64,000 nucleotides of DNA, from assembly GCA_002269645.1 (NCBI GenBank), contig NIVC01002485.1, forward strand, positions 62,001 to 126,000. The letters are read 5' to 3'. Position 1 is the stretch's first letter; each line of letters begins with the position of its first letter. Below, piece after piece: positions 49,791 to 62,470 of this stretch. The position numbers and the translations under genes are program-made. This DNA is from Macrostomum lignano (Eukaryota). The notes under the pieces were generated by a model, which searched no databases, was not told where the DNA came from, and was given only the letters and a program-made list of their open reading frames with translations.

Positions 49791-50537
49791 ACAGTGTCTA
49801 TGGGGTACAGTGTCTATGGGGTACAGTGTCTATGGGGTACAGTGTCTATGGGGTACAGTGTCTATGGTGTACAGTGTCTATGGGGTACAGTGTGTCTATG
49901 GGGTACAGTGTCTATGGGGTACAGTGTCTATGGGGTACAGTGTCTATGGGGTACAGTGTCTATGGGGTACAGTGTCTATGGGATACAGTGTCTATGGGGT
50001 ACAGTGTCTATGGGGTACAGTGTCTATGGGGTACAGTGTCTATGGGGTACAGTGTCTATGGGGTACAGTGTCTATGGGGTACAGTGTCTATGGGGTACAG
50101 TGTCTATGGGGTACAGTGTCTATGGTGTACAGTGTCTATGGGGTACAGTGTCTATGGGGTACAGTGTCTATGGGGTACAGTGTCTATGGGGTACAGTGTC
50201 TATGGGGTACAGTGTCTATGGGGTACAGTGTCTATGGGGTACAGTGTCTATGGGGTACAGTGTCTATGGTGTACAGTGTCTATGGGGTACAGTGTCTATG
50301 GGGTACAGTGTCTATGGGGTACAGTGTCTATGGGGTACAGTGTCTATGGGGTACAGTGTCTATGGGGTACAGTGTCTATGGGGTACAGTGTCTATGGGGT
50401 ACAGTGTCTATGGTGTACAGTGTCTATGGGGTACAGTGTCTATGGGGTACAGTGTCTATGGGGTACAGTGTCTATGGGGTACAGTGTCTATGGGGTACAG
50501 TGTCTATGGGGTACAGTGTTTATGGGGTACAGTGTCT
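49791..50537 (+). repeat. Third array of the 16-bp satellite, in the GPCR intron
   Basis: About 46 very homogeneous copies. Confidence 0.97.
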
Positions 50538-50636
50538 GGGTAGACAGTTCACTCTATCTATCGCTGAGAGTAACGACCCTTCTAATAAACGCTCCTAGAG
50601 GCAAGGCGCAACAAGAAGCAAAGAGCAGCCACTCAC

Positions 50637-50905
50637 TCTCTCATGGCCATGACAAAGCACTCGGGCCACTTGACCACCAGATTGCAGATGTCGGACAGGG
50701 CCAGCGCCCACATGAACACAAACGGAGCTCCTTTGAACTCCTTGCCAACAGAGAAAACTCCCATAGTGAGCCCGTTCAGCACCAGGCCGATCGTGATGGT
50801 GCCCAGCTGGCACAGGTAGGCCGGGTGCTCAACGTCGACAGCGAACCAATCGAACTTTGGGCAGGAAATTCTGCTGCTGTTGCTTGAAGCGTTTTCAGCA
50901 TTCAT
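50637..50905 (-). CDS. GPCR coding exon 1 (N-terminus, TM1-TM2)
   Basis: N-glycosylation sites, IGLVLNGLTMGVF (TM1), ALALSDICNL (TM2); |GTGAGT donor phase 2 matches exon 2; about 427 aa if the frameshift is corrected. Confidence 0.85.
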
Positions 50906-50994
50906 TGCGATTCCTGTGCGAGTGTGGGATCCGGTTTATTTTAGGATTTCGCTTGGTTCAGCCTGCTTGAGATACTTGAAGTGGACAGGCGTCT

Positions 50995-51320
50995 CTTGAA
51001 GTGCTTGAGACGGCTGGGTATGATGAGGGCGGACTCTCATAGGCTGTGCTTGAGACGGCTGGGTATGATGAGGGCGGACTCTCATAGGCTGTGCTTGAGA
51101 CGGCTGGGTATGTTCAGGGCGGACTCTCATAGGCTGTGCTTGAGACGGCTGGGAATTGTGAGGACAGACTCTCATAGACTGTGCTTGAGACGGTTGGGAA
51201 TTGTGAGGACAGACTCTCATAGACTGTGCTTGAGACGGCTGAGTATGATGAGGGAAGAGTCTCATAGACTGTGCTTGAGACGCCTAGGAATGATGAGGAC
51301 AGACTCTCATAGACTGTGCT
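50995..51320. repeat. 45-bp minisatellite (GTGCTTGAGACGGCTGGGTATGATGAGGGCGGACTCTCATAGGCT)
   Basis: About 7 copies immediately upstream of the GPCR start exon. Confidence 0.92.
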
Positions 51321-51694
51321 CGAGACATCTGGGATTCAAGAAGAGTCAGTTGAGAATTTATTTTTCCATTTGCTACGCAAAATTCTTGGCAATGCTAATT
51401 GTTTTGCAGCGTGCAGCAAGTGCACACGGAGTCCCCCCGGGAGCAAGTAGCAACTAAAAACTGGTGGGAAAAACTCCCTGAGGCCGAGTTTTCCTCAAAT
51501 TGCTGTTATATTGGTATGGAGTATAAACTGATAAACTGATCAGCGACCAAGCAGAACATCTGCCTGAGGAGCCCTGTGAGCTCTTTACATTAGTGAAAAA
51601 ATTATTTGAATCCCCAGTTTCACCAAATAGTAGGCTCTCAGCCTTCAAAACAAAACATGCCACTAGCCAGCAAATTCGATGCCTCTACGCTTAT

Positions 51695-51755
51695 AAATTG
51701 GCTCAGTGGTAAAACGCGCCGTGACCCCCGGGTTCGATTCTGTCGGCGGCCACAT
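51695..51755 (+). mobile_element. Isolated tRNA-like SINE head remnant
   Basis: A-box TGGCTCAGTGGT and B-box GGTTCGATTC only about 20 nt apart, so not a functional tRNA. Confidence 0.45.
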
Positions 51756-51804
51756 ATAGTTAACATTGGAAACCGAAAACAAGTGCTTGTGTTAGACGTA
51801 GCAG

Positions 51805-52107
51805 ATGTTGTAGCCTAGTGGCTAGAGCGTCGGACTCACGACTTAAAGGTCGGGGGTTCGATTCCTGATCCCACTGGAACAATTTGTGTCCTTGAGCAAG
51901 ACACTTAACTCTGCATTGCTTCAGTTCACCCAGCTGTAAAATGGGTGCCAGCATTAGCTGGGGTAATTCAGGCTGTGTGTTGCGACCCCCCAGTCCTTGG
52001 ACTGAACAGCCGTACGCAGCCTTCAGATGCGCCGCGCAATAGCTGCGGCTGAGCTGTCGGTTGCACATCTGATCATTAGGGCAGGTGCAATCAATCAATT
52101 AATTAAA
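51805..52107 (+). mobile_element. SINE family A, copy 4
   Basis: A/B boxes, CORE-like block, shared 3' region GGACTGAACAGCCGTACGCAGCCTTCAGATG, (CAAT/TAAT)n tail. Confidence 0.87.
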
Positions 52108-52574
52108 TTGTTTTAGATGAACTGAAATTCTGACATCCGAAATCGAAGAAGAAACTCCTGACAAAGAGCCGCGCCTCGAAAAATAGATTGCTCGAACTCA
52201 TCGAGCTCCCTGTCTGGCAGGGTCGGGGTACGAGGCGAAAGAAGAGAAAAAGGGAAAAAAACTTTCTGGCTTCAACGTAAAGCGTCCATCAGCACGAGAG
52301 TTTGAACTGACTGTTGACGTATTAATAATTAATTTGAGCAATCAGCTGGGGGCTCCTTCTGAGGGGGAGCCGCTGCTTCTCTGAGGATATGGGAAGGCGA
52401 AGGAGAGCCGGTAGAGCCAAGACGATGGAGAAGCAGTTTTTAGTTTGCTAAAACAGTTCTGTGGAAGCAGCTTGCCGCTAGGCCTTGAAATTGAAACTGG
52501 GAGCTGCTTGGAGCTGGGAATTAATGCTTAGAAAGAAATTAGATAAGCATTGTCCTCATTGTAGCATTTCTTTT

Positions 52575-52875
52575 ACCCTCCATTTCTCTTACCCTCCATT
52601 TCTCTTACCCTCCATTTCTCTTACCCTCCATTTCTCTTACCCTCCATTTCCCTTTCCATCCACTTCCCTTACCCTCCATTTCCCTTACCCTCCACTTCCC
52701 TTACCCTCCACTTCCCTTACCCTCCACTTCCCTTACCCTCCACTTCCCTTACCCTCCACTTCCCTTACCCTCCACTTCCCTTACCCTCCACTTCCCTTAC
52801 CCTCCACTTCCCTTACCCTCCACTTCCCTTACCCTCCACTTCCCTTACCCTCCACTTCCCTTACCCTCCATTTCC
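52575..52875. repeat. 16-bp pyrimidine minisatellite (CACTTCCCTTACCCTC)
   Basis: About 18 copies. Confidence 0.92.
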
Positions 52876-53875
52876 CTTTGCCTCCATTTTCGTTACCCTC
52901 CAATTCCCTAAACTTCCATTCCCCAACCCTTCATTGCTTTAAAGCTCCAATGCTGCACCCTGGCTATCAGTAATCGCCAAACTCCGTAGGCAATTTGCAT
53001 GTCACTAATTAGAGAGTTTTAAGTTGAAGACAAGAGAAGGTGCAAGTTCTATTAATACTAATATTTCAGCCGATAGAGAACAACTTGAAGTCACAGAAGA
53101 AGCAAAAGCTAGTCCCAAATTTGAGTCAGCAAGCCAGCAATTGCATAGAAGAAATTTTACTAAAAGCAAAGGCTCTCTACAATGCATTGTTTTCGGCGTG
53201 AATGGCAGGCACTTGCATCTTATTTACCCCCGCCCCCCTCCTACAGTCCAATTAGGCAAATATTCCCAATTATGGCTGGGAAACTGGCTGAGCCGCGATG
53301 CGGAGGAGGCTAAACTGAAGAATTCCTTGCTGCTACTGTTGCTGCAAGTTGAGACAATGCCAGTCTTACGGCTGCCTGGGAGCGGGGACTGCCTGCCTAG
53401 CATTGGAAGGTTTTGGTGGGAGGCCAAAGCCACCCCATCCTAGCTCTTGTATTCCAGCAGCTAGCTGCTTTCGCGGCAGCAGCTAAAAGTGCAAGCAGAT
53501 CGGGAATCCGACACTAGACGAGACGGAGCAGCTTGGGGATGGGGATTTCGGGAGATAAGACATCCAAAAGTCTTAGTTGGCTGCCGAGGCCTCGCTGACA
53601 GCTGGAGCATAAATTTCCTAGATTTGATGCTGCCGCAGCTCATGTCACGGCAATACTTTTTTTCAACTGCTGAAGTGAAACACTGTGGAGCTGTTTGATG
53701 GGACAGAAGATCAATGGCTTTTGTCTGAGCTCTGGGATTCAACCCCATTGTTCTGCCGCATTGTTGCGGGTCTGGGGAGGGGGGCAGTGGTGGACTCGTG
53801 TGGCTAATAACACAGTTTCTGCGCTTCACATTTTCTGGGCTTTGTGAGGGCTTTTATTAGCATCAATTTGGCCTG

Positions 53876-54683
53876 GAATGTTTGATAGCTGATGGGGATA
53901 TTTGATAGCTGATGGGGATATTTGATAGCTGATGGGGATATTTGATAGCTGATGGGGATATTTGATAGCTGATGGGGATATTTGATAGCTGATGGGGATA
54001 TTTGATAGCTGATGGGGATGTTTGATAGCTGATGGGGATATTTGATAGCTGATGGGGATATTTGATAGCTGATGGGGATATTTGATAGCTGATGGGGATA
54101 TTTGATAGCTGATGGGGATGTTTGATAGCTGATGGGATATTTGATAGCTGATGGGGATATTTGATAGCTGATGGGGATGTTTGATAGCTGATGGGGATAT
54201 TTGATAGCTGATGGGGATATTTGATAGCTGATGGGGATATTTGATAGCTGATGGGGATATTTGATAGCTGATGGGGATGTTTGATAGCTGATGGGGATAT
54301 TTGATAGCTGATGGGGATATTTGATAGCTGATGGGGATATTTGATAGCTGATGGGGATATTTGATAGCTCATGGGGATATTTGATAGCTGATGGGGATAT
54401 TTGATAGCTTATGGGGATGTTTGATAGCTGATGTGGATATTTGATAGCTGATGGGGATATTTGATAGTTGATGGGGATATTTGATAGCTGATGGGGATAT
54501 TTGATAGCTGATGGGGATATTTGATAGCTGATGGGAATATTTGATAGCTGATGGGGATGTTTGATAGCTGATGGGAATATTTGATAGATGGTAGGGATGT
54601 TTGATAGATGGTAGGGATGTTTGATAAATGGTAGGGATGTTTGATAGATGGTAGGGATGTTTGATAAATGGTAGGGATGTTTG
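53876..54683. repeat. 20-bp minisatellite (GATAGCTGATGGGGATATTT)
   Basis: About 40 copies; variant units at the right end. Confidence 0.95.
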
Positions 54684-55005
54684 ATTAGCGTGTTTGCAGA
54701 AAGAAAGCATTGGAGAGGTGAATGAAAATGCAGCTGATATATCAAATCATGATGCATGTAAGAACATAATATCCGGGATCTGACAATTCTGCTTTCATTG
54801 AATCTGCTTTCAATAGCTGAATCGAGACAGAAAAAACAATGAAAAGCAGCTCAAAGCAGAAAGGACTGTGGGACTTTCCCTGCTTCTTTTCGAGACAAAA
54901 CGTTTCTGATTTTTCAACGGAACTGATGGAGTGACCTGAAGTCTGGGCCGACTGCTTGAGATCGGTGTTGGCTGAAAAGTAAATCGGCCGCATTGTGACG
55001 ATTCT

Positions 55006-55300
55006 AGTAGATGACTGTAGGACTATCTAGTAGATGACTGTAGGACCATCTAGTAGATGACTGTAGGACCATCTAGTAGATGACTATGGGACCCTCTAGT
55101 AGATGACTATAGGACCCTCTAGTAGATGACTATGGGACCCTCTAGTAGATGACTATAGGACCCTCTAGTAGATGAATATAGGACCCTCTAGTAGATGACT
55201 ATAGGACCCTCTAGTAGATGACTATAGGACCCTCTAGTAGATGACTATAGGACCCTCTAGTAGATGACTATAGGACCATCTAGTAGATGACTGTAGGACC
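55006..55300. repeat. 23-bp minisatellite (TCTAGTAGATGACTATAGGACCC)
   Basis: About 13 copies. Confidence 0.93.
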
Positions 55301-56884
55301 CTTTGTTGCAGGGCTGAAAGAACCTCAGGTATTTGGTCCTACTGGCTCAAGCAGTTGATACTACGAGCAGAAATGCATTGCTTCTGGCAGCACGCGTCAT
55401 TGTCCAGCGCTGATTTTGAGTCACTCATCAAGGACCAGGCCAATGCCACAGGCCAACAGGTTGCAATGCAAACACGGAGCCCCTGGCGGCGACTTCAAAG
55501 AGCAAGCAGTCTATACATGTATTGGGGAACATTTTGCATAGAAAAACAGAGTCAGGCAAAAATGACAATTTCAAATTCCCATCAGCGGGCCACCTTCTTT
55601 TCTCAGTGTGCAGGGCAAATTGGGACTGGCACGACCTCATGTACCTGCGGCAAACGCTTTATAATAGAGCCTGCTGGTCCGGCTCCTTTCGCTTGCCATG
55701 TCTGTCTCGGCCGCATGTCTAGCGTTGACACAAACTGCGCCTGGCCCAGTAACCGCGTGTTGCCTTTCAGTTTCCTAAGCTGCTCCGCTTTTTAGAGAGT
55801 GGGAGAGGCCCGAAGGCAGACTAAGGGTGCAGTACATTTTCCCCCTGTCTGTTTCTGCCGCTCCTGCTGCCTCTCTCCTTCTGAAGCGCGTTTGCTTTGA
55901 AATTTTTGCTTGGAGGAACCGTTTGGGGCCTGGGGCGGGACCGGAGCTAGGAAAGTTTTCCACGGATGATCGCTTTTGCAACGCTCCCCGCGCCTTGCCC
56001 GAACTGCCGTTCCAGTGAACGCCGCCGCCTCCGCGTCATCCATCACTGCAGCTGACCATCATTTTCCCCATAGCAACTGCCCGACCCCAGCAACACTGAC
56101 CCCTAGCTCTATGAATTCCACTTTTGCCTCTCACGTGCACAAGATGAATTCCACCGACTATAACTTGTAGAAGAGGGGGGTGGGCGGTCTTAGCGATGCG
56201 ATATCGCCATTCAAGGTGCGCTTAAATCAATTCCAGAGAGATAAGAGTTAATAAGAAGTCAATTTGTACAGCACGTGTGAAGGGCCGTCTGTACTAATCT
56301 ATCTCAAAAAACCGCATTTTCAGACAACTGTAGGCATTTTACTGAGCTTAGCATTTTGAGCAGTAGCCAATGATTTACAGTATTTACAGTATTTTACAGA
56401 AATAGTTGAATGCACTAAACGTCATTAGAAATGATAATTTTTAGATTCGCCGCAGTATTAGTCAGTTAGCCTACAGTTGTCCGCAAAATGACTGTATGAA
56501 AAATAAATAATAAAACTCACAAAAGTGCACAAAACTTCCGCCATGATCTTGGCTGATGTGATCGTGTCTAGAGAAGTGCATCATATAGCACTCCCCTCCA
56601 TACACCTTCCCTTCCTCCCGGCATTTCGGACACTCGTGGCACTCCAATCTAGATATTCGGACTCGAGCTTCTCGGAGCAGAAAGTCGCCAGCGCGAGGCC
56701 TTTGGATGGATACCAAACCCTCGGGCCACTTCATCCGCTAAAGTCCACTTACGGTAGCCGCGTGCTGCTGAGATATTTGATTTGTCTGTCCAGTGCTCCA
56801 TCTACATGCTTAGCTATAGATATGAAATATTGTCTTTCTTGGAAATAGAGATTAGGGCCTGGGATAAACTGTGCCCTACTTGTT

Positions 56885-57910
56885 ACTGTTGCTGCCTGCT
56901 TACCTGCTGATTGTGTCTAATTGGGTTGCTGCCTGCTTACCTGCTGATTGTGTCTAATTGGGTTGCTGCCTGCTTACCTGCTGATTGTGTCTAATTGGGT
57001 TGCTATCTGCTTACCTGCTGATTGTGTCTAATTGGGTTGCTACCTGCTTACCTGCTGATTGTGTCTAATTGGGTTGCTACCTGCTTACCTGCTGATTGTG
57101 TCTAATTGGGTTGCTACCTGCTTACCTGCTGATTGTGTCTAATTGGGTCGGTACCTGCTTACTGACTGTGTCTAATTGGGTTGCTACCTGCTTACTGACT
57201 GTGTCTAATTGGGTTGCTATCTGCTTCTGACTGGGTCTAATTAGGTCGCTACCTGCTTACTGACTGTGTCTAATTAGGTTGCTACCTGCTTACTGACTGG
57301 GTCTAATTGGGTTGCTACCTGCTTCTGACTGGGTCTAATTGGGTTGCTACCTGCTTACTGACTGTGTCTAATTGGGTTGCTACCTGCTTACTGACTGTGT
57401 CTAATTGGGTTGCTACCTGCTTACTGACTGTGTCTAATTAGGTTGCTTACTGACTGTGTCTAATTGGGTTGCTACCTGCTTACTGACTGTGTCTAATTGG
57501 GTTGCTACCTGCTTACTGACTGGGTCTAATTGGGTCGCTACCTGCTTACTGACTGTGTCTAATTGGGTTGCTACCTGCTTACTGACTGTGTCTAATTGGG
57601 TTGCTACCTGCTTACTGACTGTGTCTAATTGGGTTGCTACCTGCTTACTGACTGTGTCTAATTAGGTTTCTTACTGACTGTGTCTAATTAGGTTGCTTAC
57701 TGACTGTGTCTAATTGGGTTGCTACCTGCTTACTGACTGTGTCTAATTGGGTTGCTACCTGCTTACTGACTGTGTCTAATTGGGTTGCTACCTGCTTACT
57801 GACTGGGTCTAATTGGGTTGCTACCTGCTTACTGACTGGGTCTAATTGGGTTGCTACCTGCTTACTGGCTGTGTCTAATTGGGTCGCTACCTGCTTCTGA
57901 CTGGGTCTAA
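56885..57910. repeat. 33/36-bp minisatellite (GTGTCTAATTGGGTTGCTACCTGCTTACTGACT)
   Basis: 36-bp units on the left, 33-bp units thereafter. Confidence 0.94.
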
Positions 57911-58544
57911 TTCGAAAAAAAGTGACAAAAAATCAATATTCGATATGAAACAATCGAAATAGCAAAAACGCTTCAGTGAAAACCGTTGGTTTGCACTGTC
58001 GAAATCGAATAAGTTAAACTGGTACCGCAGTACCAACTGGGCTACTATATCCTTACAAAGCGCTACAAGCCCTTTCCTTGTGTGCGCTGGCCTTATAGGG
58101 GAGACCAGCTGGTCTTATGCGGGAAATCACAAGGATTTGTGCGAATGCTCATGCTCATGAGAATCCAGATTAAAGGCTGGTCATAATACTCGCTAGTCAG
58201 CGGAATTAATTCTAATTTGTGGCTGGCAGACCCGTAAAACATGGAAGCGAGGTCCGGATCATGAAAAATGTATTGAGCCTAACGGATTAGGAGTTAACTG
58301 GAGTGTGTACTTTAATATTTGATATATACTTTTGTTAATGGGTGACCACTAGAATGCACAAATCAGATAAGGAGAGCTAAAAAATATAAATTACTGATGA
58401 AGCACCATGGCCGACGAAAAATGAAGACGAGTTCAGTCGGTTGAGAAAGTAGGATGGAAAATAATGAATATTGATCTGAGGAAGCGATGGTCAGTACAGA
58501 TCAGTTCTGATGGCAACAGGTCTGAGCCTCTCACCCTCTCCTGT

Positions 58545-59415
58545 TTTCTATCTGTCCTGTGTCTGTCTCCTATCTGTCCAGTGTCTGTCTCCTATCTGTC
58601 CTGTGTCTGTCTTCTATCTGTCCTGTGTCTGTCTCCTATCTGTCCAGTGTCTGTCTCCTATCTGTCCGGTGTCTGTCTCCTATCTGTCCAGTGTCTGTCT
58701 CCTGTCTGTCCAGTGTCTGTCTCCTATCTGTCCAGTGTCTGTCTCCTATCTGTCCAGTGTCTGTCTCCTATCTGTCCAGTGTCTGTCTCCTGTCTGTCCA
58801 GTGTCTGTCTCCTATCTGTCCAGTGTCTGTCTCCTATCTGTCCGGTGTCTGTCTCCTATCTGTCCAGTGTCTGTCTCCTGTCTGTCCAGTGTCTGTCTCC
58901 TATCTGTCCAGTGTCTGTCTCCTATCTGTCCAGTGTCTGTCTCCTATCTGTCCAGTGTCTGTCTCCTATCTGTCCAGTGTCTGTCTCCTGTCTGTCCAGT
59001 GTCTGTCTCCTATCTGTCCAGTGTCTGTCTCCTATCTGTCCAGTGTCTGTCTCCTATCTGTCCAGTGTCTGTCTCCTATCTGTCCAGTGTCTGTCTCCTG
59101 TCTGTCCAGTGTCTGTCTCCTATCTGTCCAGTGTCTGTCTCCTATCTGTCCAGTGTCTGTCTCCTATCTGTCCAGTGTCTGTCTCCTATCTGTCCAGTGT
59201 CTGTCTCCTATCTGTCCAGTGTCTGTCTCCTATCTGTCCAGTGTCTGTCTCCTATCTGTCCAGTGTCTGTCTCCTGTCTGTCCAGTGTCTGTCTCCTATC
59301 TGTCCAGTGTCTGTCTCCTATCTGTCCAGTGTCTGTCTCCTGTCTGTCCAGTGTCTGTCTCCTATCTGTCCAGTGTCTGTCTCCTATCTGTCCAGTGTCT
59401 GTCTCCTATCTATCT
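58545..59415. repeat. 22-bp minisatellite (TGTCTGTCTCCTATCTGTCCAG)
   Basis: About 39 copies. Confidence 0.95.
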
Positions 59416-60417
59416 CCCACCTGTCTCCTATCCATCTCCCTCTATATTAATCCATATCCCACCAGTCGTTACCTTCTCTCTTTCTCTACCTCCCTCTCTC
59501 TCCCCTTCTCAGCATCAGTCTCCAACTCAGTATCGGACCCACAATCTCATCGAGGTATATCGAGGTATTTTCAGCCTCGATCAGTAAACAGTGCCCAGTG
59601 GCCGCACTTCTGATTTGCCTACTGGCTTATATTCGACTTATATTTCTTCTTCTAGAACGTTTATAGATGCCACCAAATTTATGGCTAATCGATAGCAGCT
59701 ACCATGAACCTCGGCCTTTATCGCACAGTGCAGTATTTGAGCCGCCGCCTCGGTCTATTATTAGTTACCGACTGGCACTGTGACACTATCCTTATAGATA
59801 TGCATTAATAATTTATATTCATATTGATATGCAAAGCTTCACTCACCTGTTTATCCAGACCAATAAAAGGCGTTATGCTTTTTTGTTTTAAAAATAAAAT
59901 TAATCCTACTTGAATTAACTAAACAGCTCAGAATGGAGACTCAGAATGGTTGGCCCTAACTATTTGTAGTCACTAAGGCAGCGAGCGCCAAGCGTAGCCC
60001 TGCTGTCATTGGACAGAACCGGGACAGCAAGCTGCCAGATGCGCGCCTGCTGCTGGGCCAATGGCGCCAGGCGCGCATCTTGTACTAAGAAGGAGAAAAA
60101 CAAGTTTTGGTGTGAACCGTGTGAAGCTTAAAAAATACGGCTGCTTGTTGATCTATCTGTATTTGTTGTTGGAATTTCTAATTTCCTTAGGTTGCAGAAG
60201 CTGTACTAGAAAAAGATAAATTTACCGTTCGGCTTGTAAAGTAAACAAAAGCAATGCAGTACATGTAAGACCTCTAACTTTGGGTGCTAGTTCGTGTTTC
60301 TGATTAATTTTCCCGAATAACAGATAAAAATCGCTGGTGTGTTTTCTATCTGGCAAGGCTGCAGAGAATTTTACAGAAAATCACGGCGCGAATCTGGATG
60401 AGGGGCAGAAAAAAGAG

Positions 60418-61403
60418 TGGGGCTCAGGTCTCTATAGTTGGGGCTCAGGTCTCTATAGTTGGGGCTCAGGTCTCTATAGTTGGGGCTCAGGTCTCTATAG
60501 TTGGGGCTCAGGTCTCTATAGTTGGGGCTCAGGTCTCTATAGTTGGGGCTCAGGTCTCTATAGTTGGGGCTCAGGTCTCTATAGTTGGGGCTCAGGTCTC
60601 TATAGTTGGGGCTCAGGTCTCTATAGTTGGGGCTCAGGTCTCTATAGTTGGGGCTCAGGTCTCTATAGTTGGGGCTCAGGTCTCTATAGTTGGGGCTTAG
60701 ATCTCTATAGTTGGGGCTCAGGTCTCTATAGTTGGGGCTCAGGTCTCTATAGTTGGGGCTCAGGTCTCTATAGTTGGGGCTCAGGTCTCTATAGTTGGGG
60801 CTCAGGTCTCTATAGTTGGGGCTCAGATCTCTATAGTTGGGGCTCAGGTCTCTATAGTTGGGGCTCAGGTCTCTATAGTTGGGGCTCAGATCTCTATAGT
60901 TGGGGCTCAGGTCTCTATAGTTGGGGCTCAGGTCTCTATAGTTGGGGCTCAGGTCTCTATAGTTGGGGCTCAGGTCTCTATAGTTGGGGCTCAGGTCTCT
61001 ATAGTTGGGGCTCAGGTCTCTATAGTTGGGGCTCAGGTCTCTATAGTTGGGGCTTAGGTCTCTATAGTTGGGGCTTAGGTCTCTATAGTTGGGGCTCAGG
61101 TCTCTATAGTTGGGGCTCAGGTCTCTATAGTTGGGGCTCAGGTCTCTATAGTTGGGGCTCAGGTCTCTATAGTTGGGGCTCAGGTCTCTATAGTTGGGGC
61201 TCAGGTCTCTATAGTTGGGGCTCAGGTCTCTATAGTTGGGGCTCAGGTCTCTATAGTTGGGGCTTAGATCTCTATAGTTGGGGCTCAGATCTCTATAGTT
61301 GGGGCTTAGATCTCTATAGTTGGGGCTCAGGTCTCTATAGTTGAGGCTTAGATCTCTATAGTTGGGGCTTAGATCTCTATAGTTGGGGCTTAGATCTTTA
61401 TAG
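60418..61403. repeat. 21-bp minisatellite (GGGGCTCAGGTCTCTATAGTT)
   Basis: About 47 copies. Confidence 0.95.
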
Positions 61404-61939
61404 TTGAAACAAAGGAAAGGGACAAAATTGAAGCTAGCGACAGAGATGGTGGAAAAAGGGCGGAGAGAGGGCGGAGAGAGGGCGGAGAGAGGGCGGAGAG
61501 AGGGTGAAGAGGCAAGGAGAAAGAGGGAAGGAGCCCGAGAAGCGCAATTAACAGAAAGTGGAAATTGAGCAAGGCAAATGAGAGAAGTTCTTCCTGTAGA
61601 AATTTGAATGAAAGGACAGGTGAACAGATTTGTGAGCTACAGAAAGCGGATTTTTAACAATTGAATTCCTCAGTTCACTTTTAAAGAAGCCTCACGAAGA
61701 TTCGCAAAGTGGACTTGACCGAGTGAAGCCGAAGTGAATTCTATTGACTGGCTTCGGAGAGAACTTAATGCTCAAACAGTTTAGCGAAATCACTGATCGC
61801 AACCAGAGTCCCGATGGTGCTATGCTTTTGCCAGCAGCCTTAAAGTCTGATGCGGCTGAAGCAGTGGACAAAAAGTGCGCCCCTTCGAGGAATGACTGTA
61901 CTTTTTGCAAATTGACCTATTCAGTCAGACTAATGACAG

Positions 61940-62470
61940 GATCAGTCATAACAGAATCAGTCATAACAGAATCAGTCATAAAAGAATCAGTCATAACAGA
62001 ATCAGTCATAACAGAATCAGTCATAAAAGAATCAGTCATAACAGAATCAGTCATAAAAGAATCAGTCATAAGAGAATCAGTCATAGCAGATTCAAGTCAT
62101 AACAGAATCAGTCATAACAGAATCAGTCATAACAGAATCAGTCATAACAGAATCAGTCATAACAGAATCAGTCATAAGAGAATCAGTCATAACAGAATCA
62201 GTCATAACAGAATCAGTCATAACAGAATCAGTCATAACAGAATCAGTCATAACAGAATCAGTCATAACAGAATCAGTCATAACAGAATCAGTCATAACAG
62301 AATCAGTCATAACAGAATCAGTCATAACAGAATCAGTCATAACAGAATCAGTCATAACAGAATCAGTCATAAGAGAATCAGTCATAACAGAATCAGTCAT
62401 AACAGAATCAGTCATAACAGAATCAGTCATAACAGAATCAGTCATAACAGAATCAGTCATAACAGAATCG
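61940..62470. repeat. 15-bp minisatellite (GAATCAGTCATAACA)
   Basis: About 35 copies. Confidence 0.95.

Noticed and set aside
58390-58430. Hammerhead-like CTGATGA...GAAA (also 48559)
   Set aside because: No stem II pairing and no stems I/III
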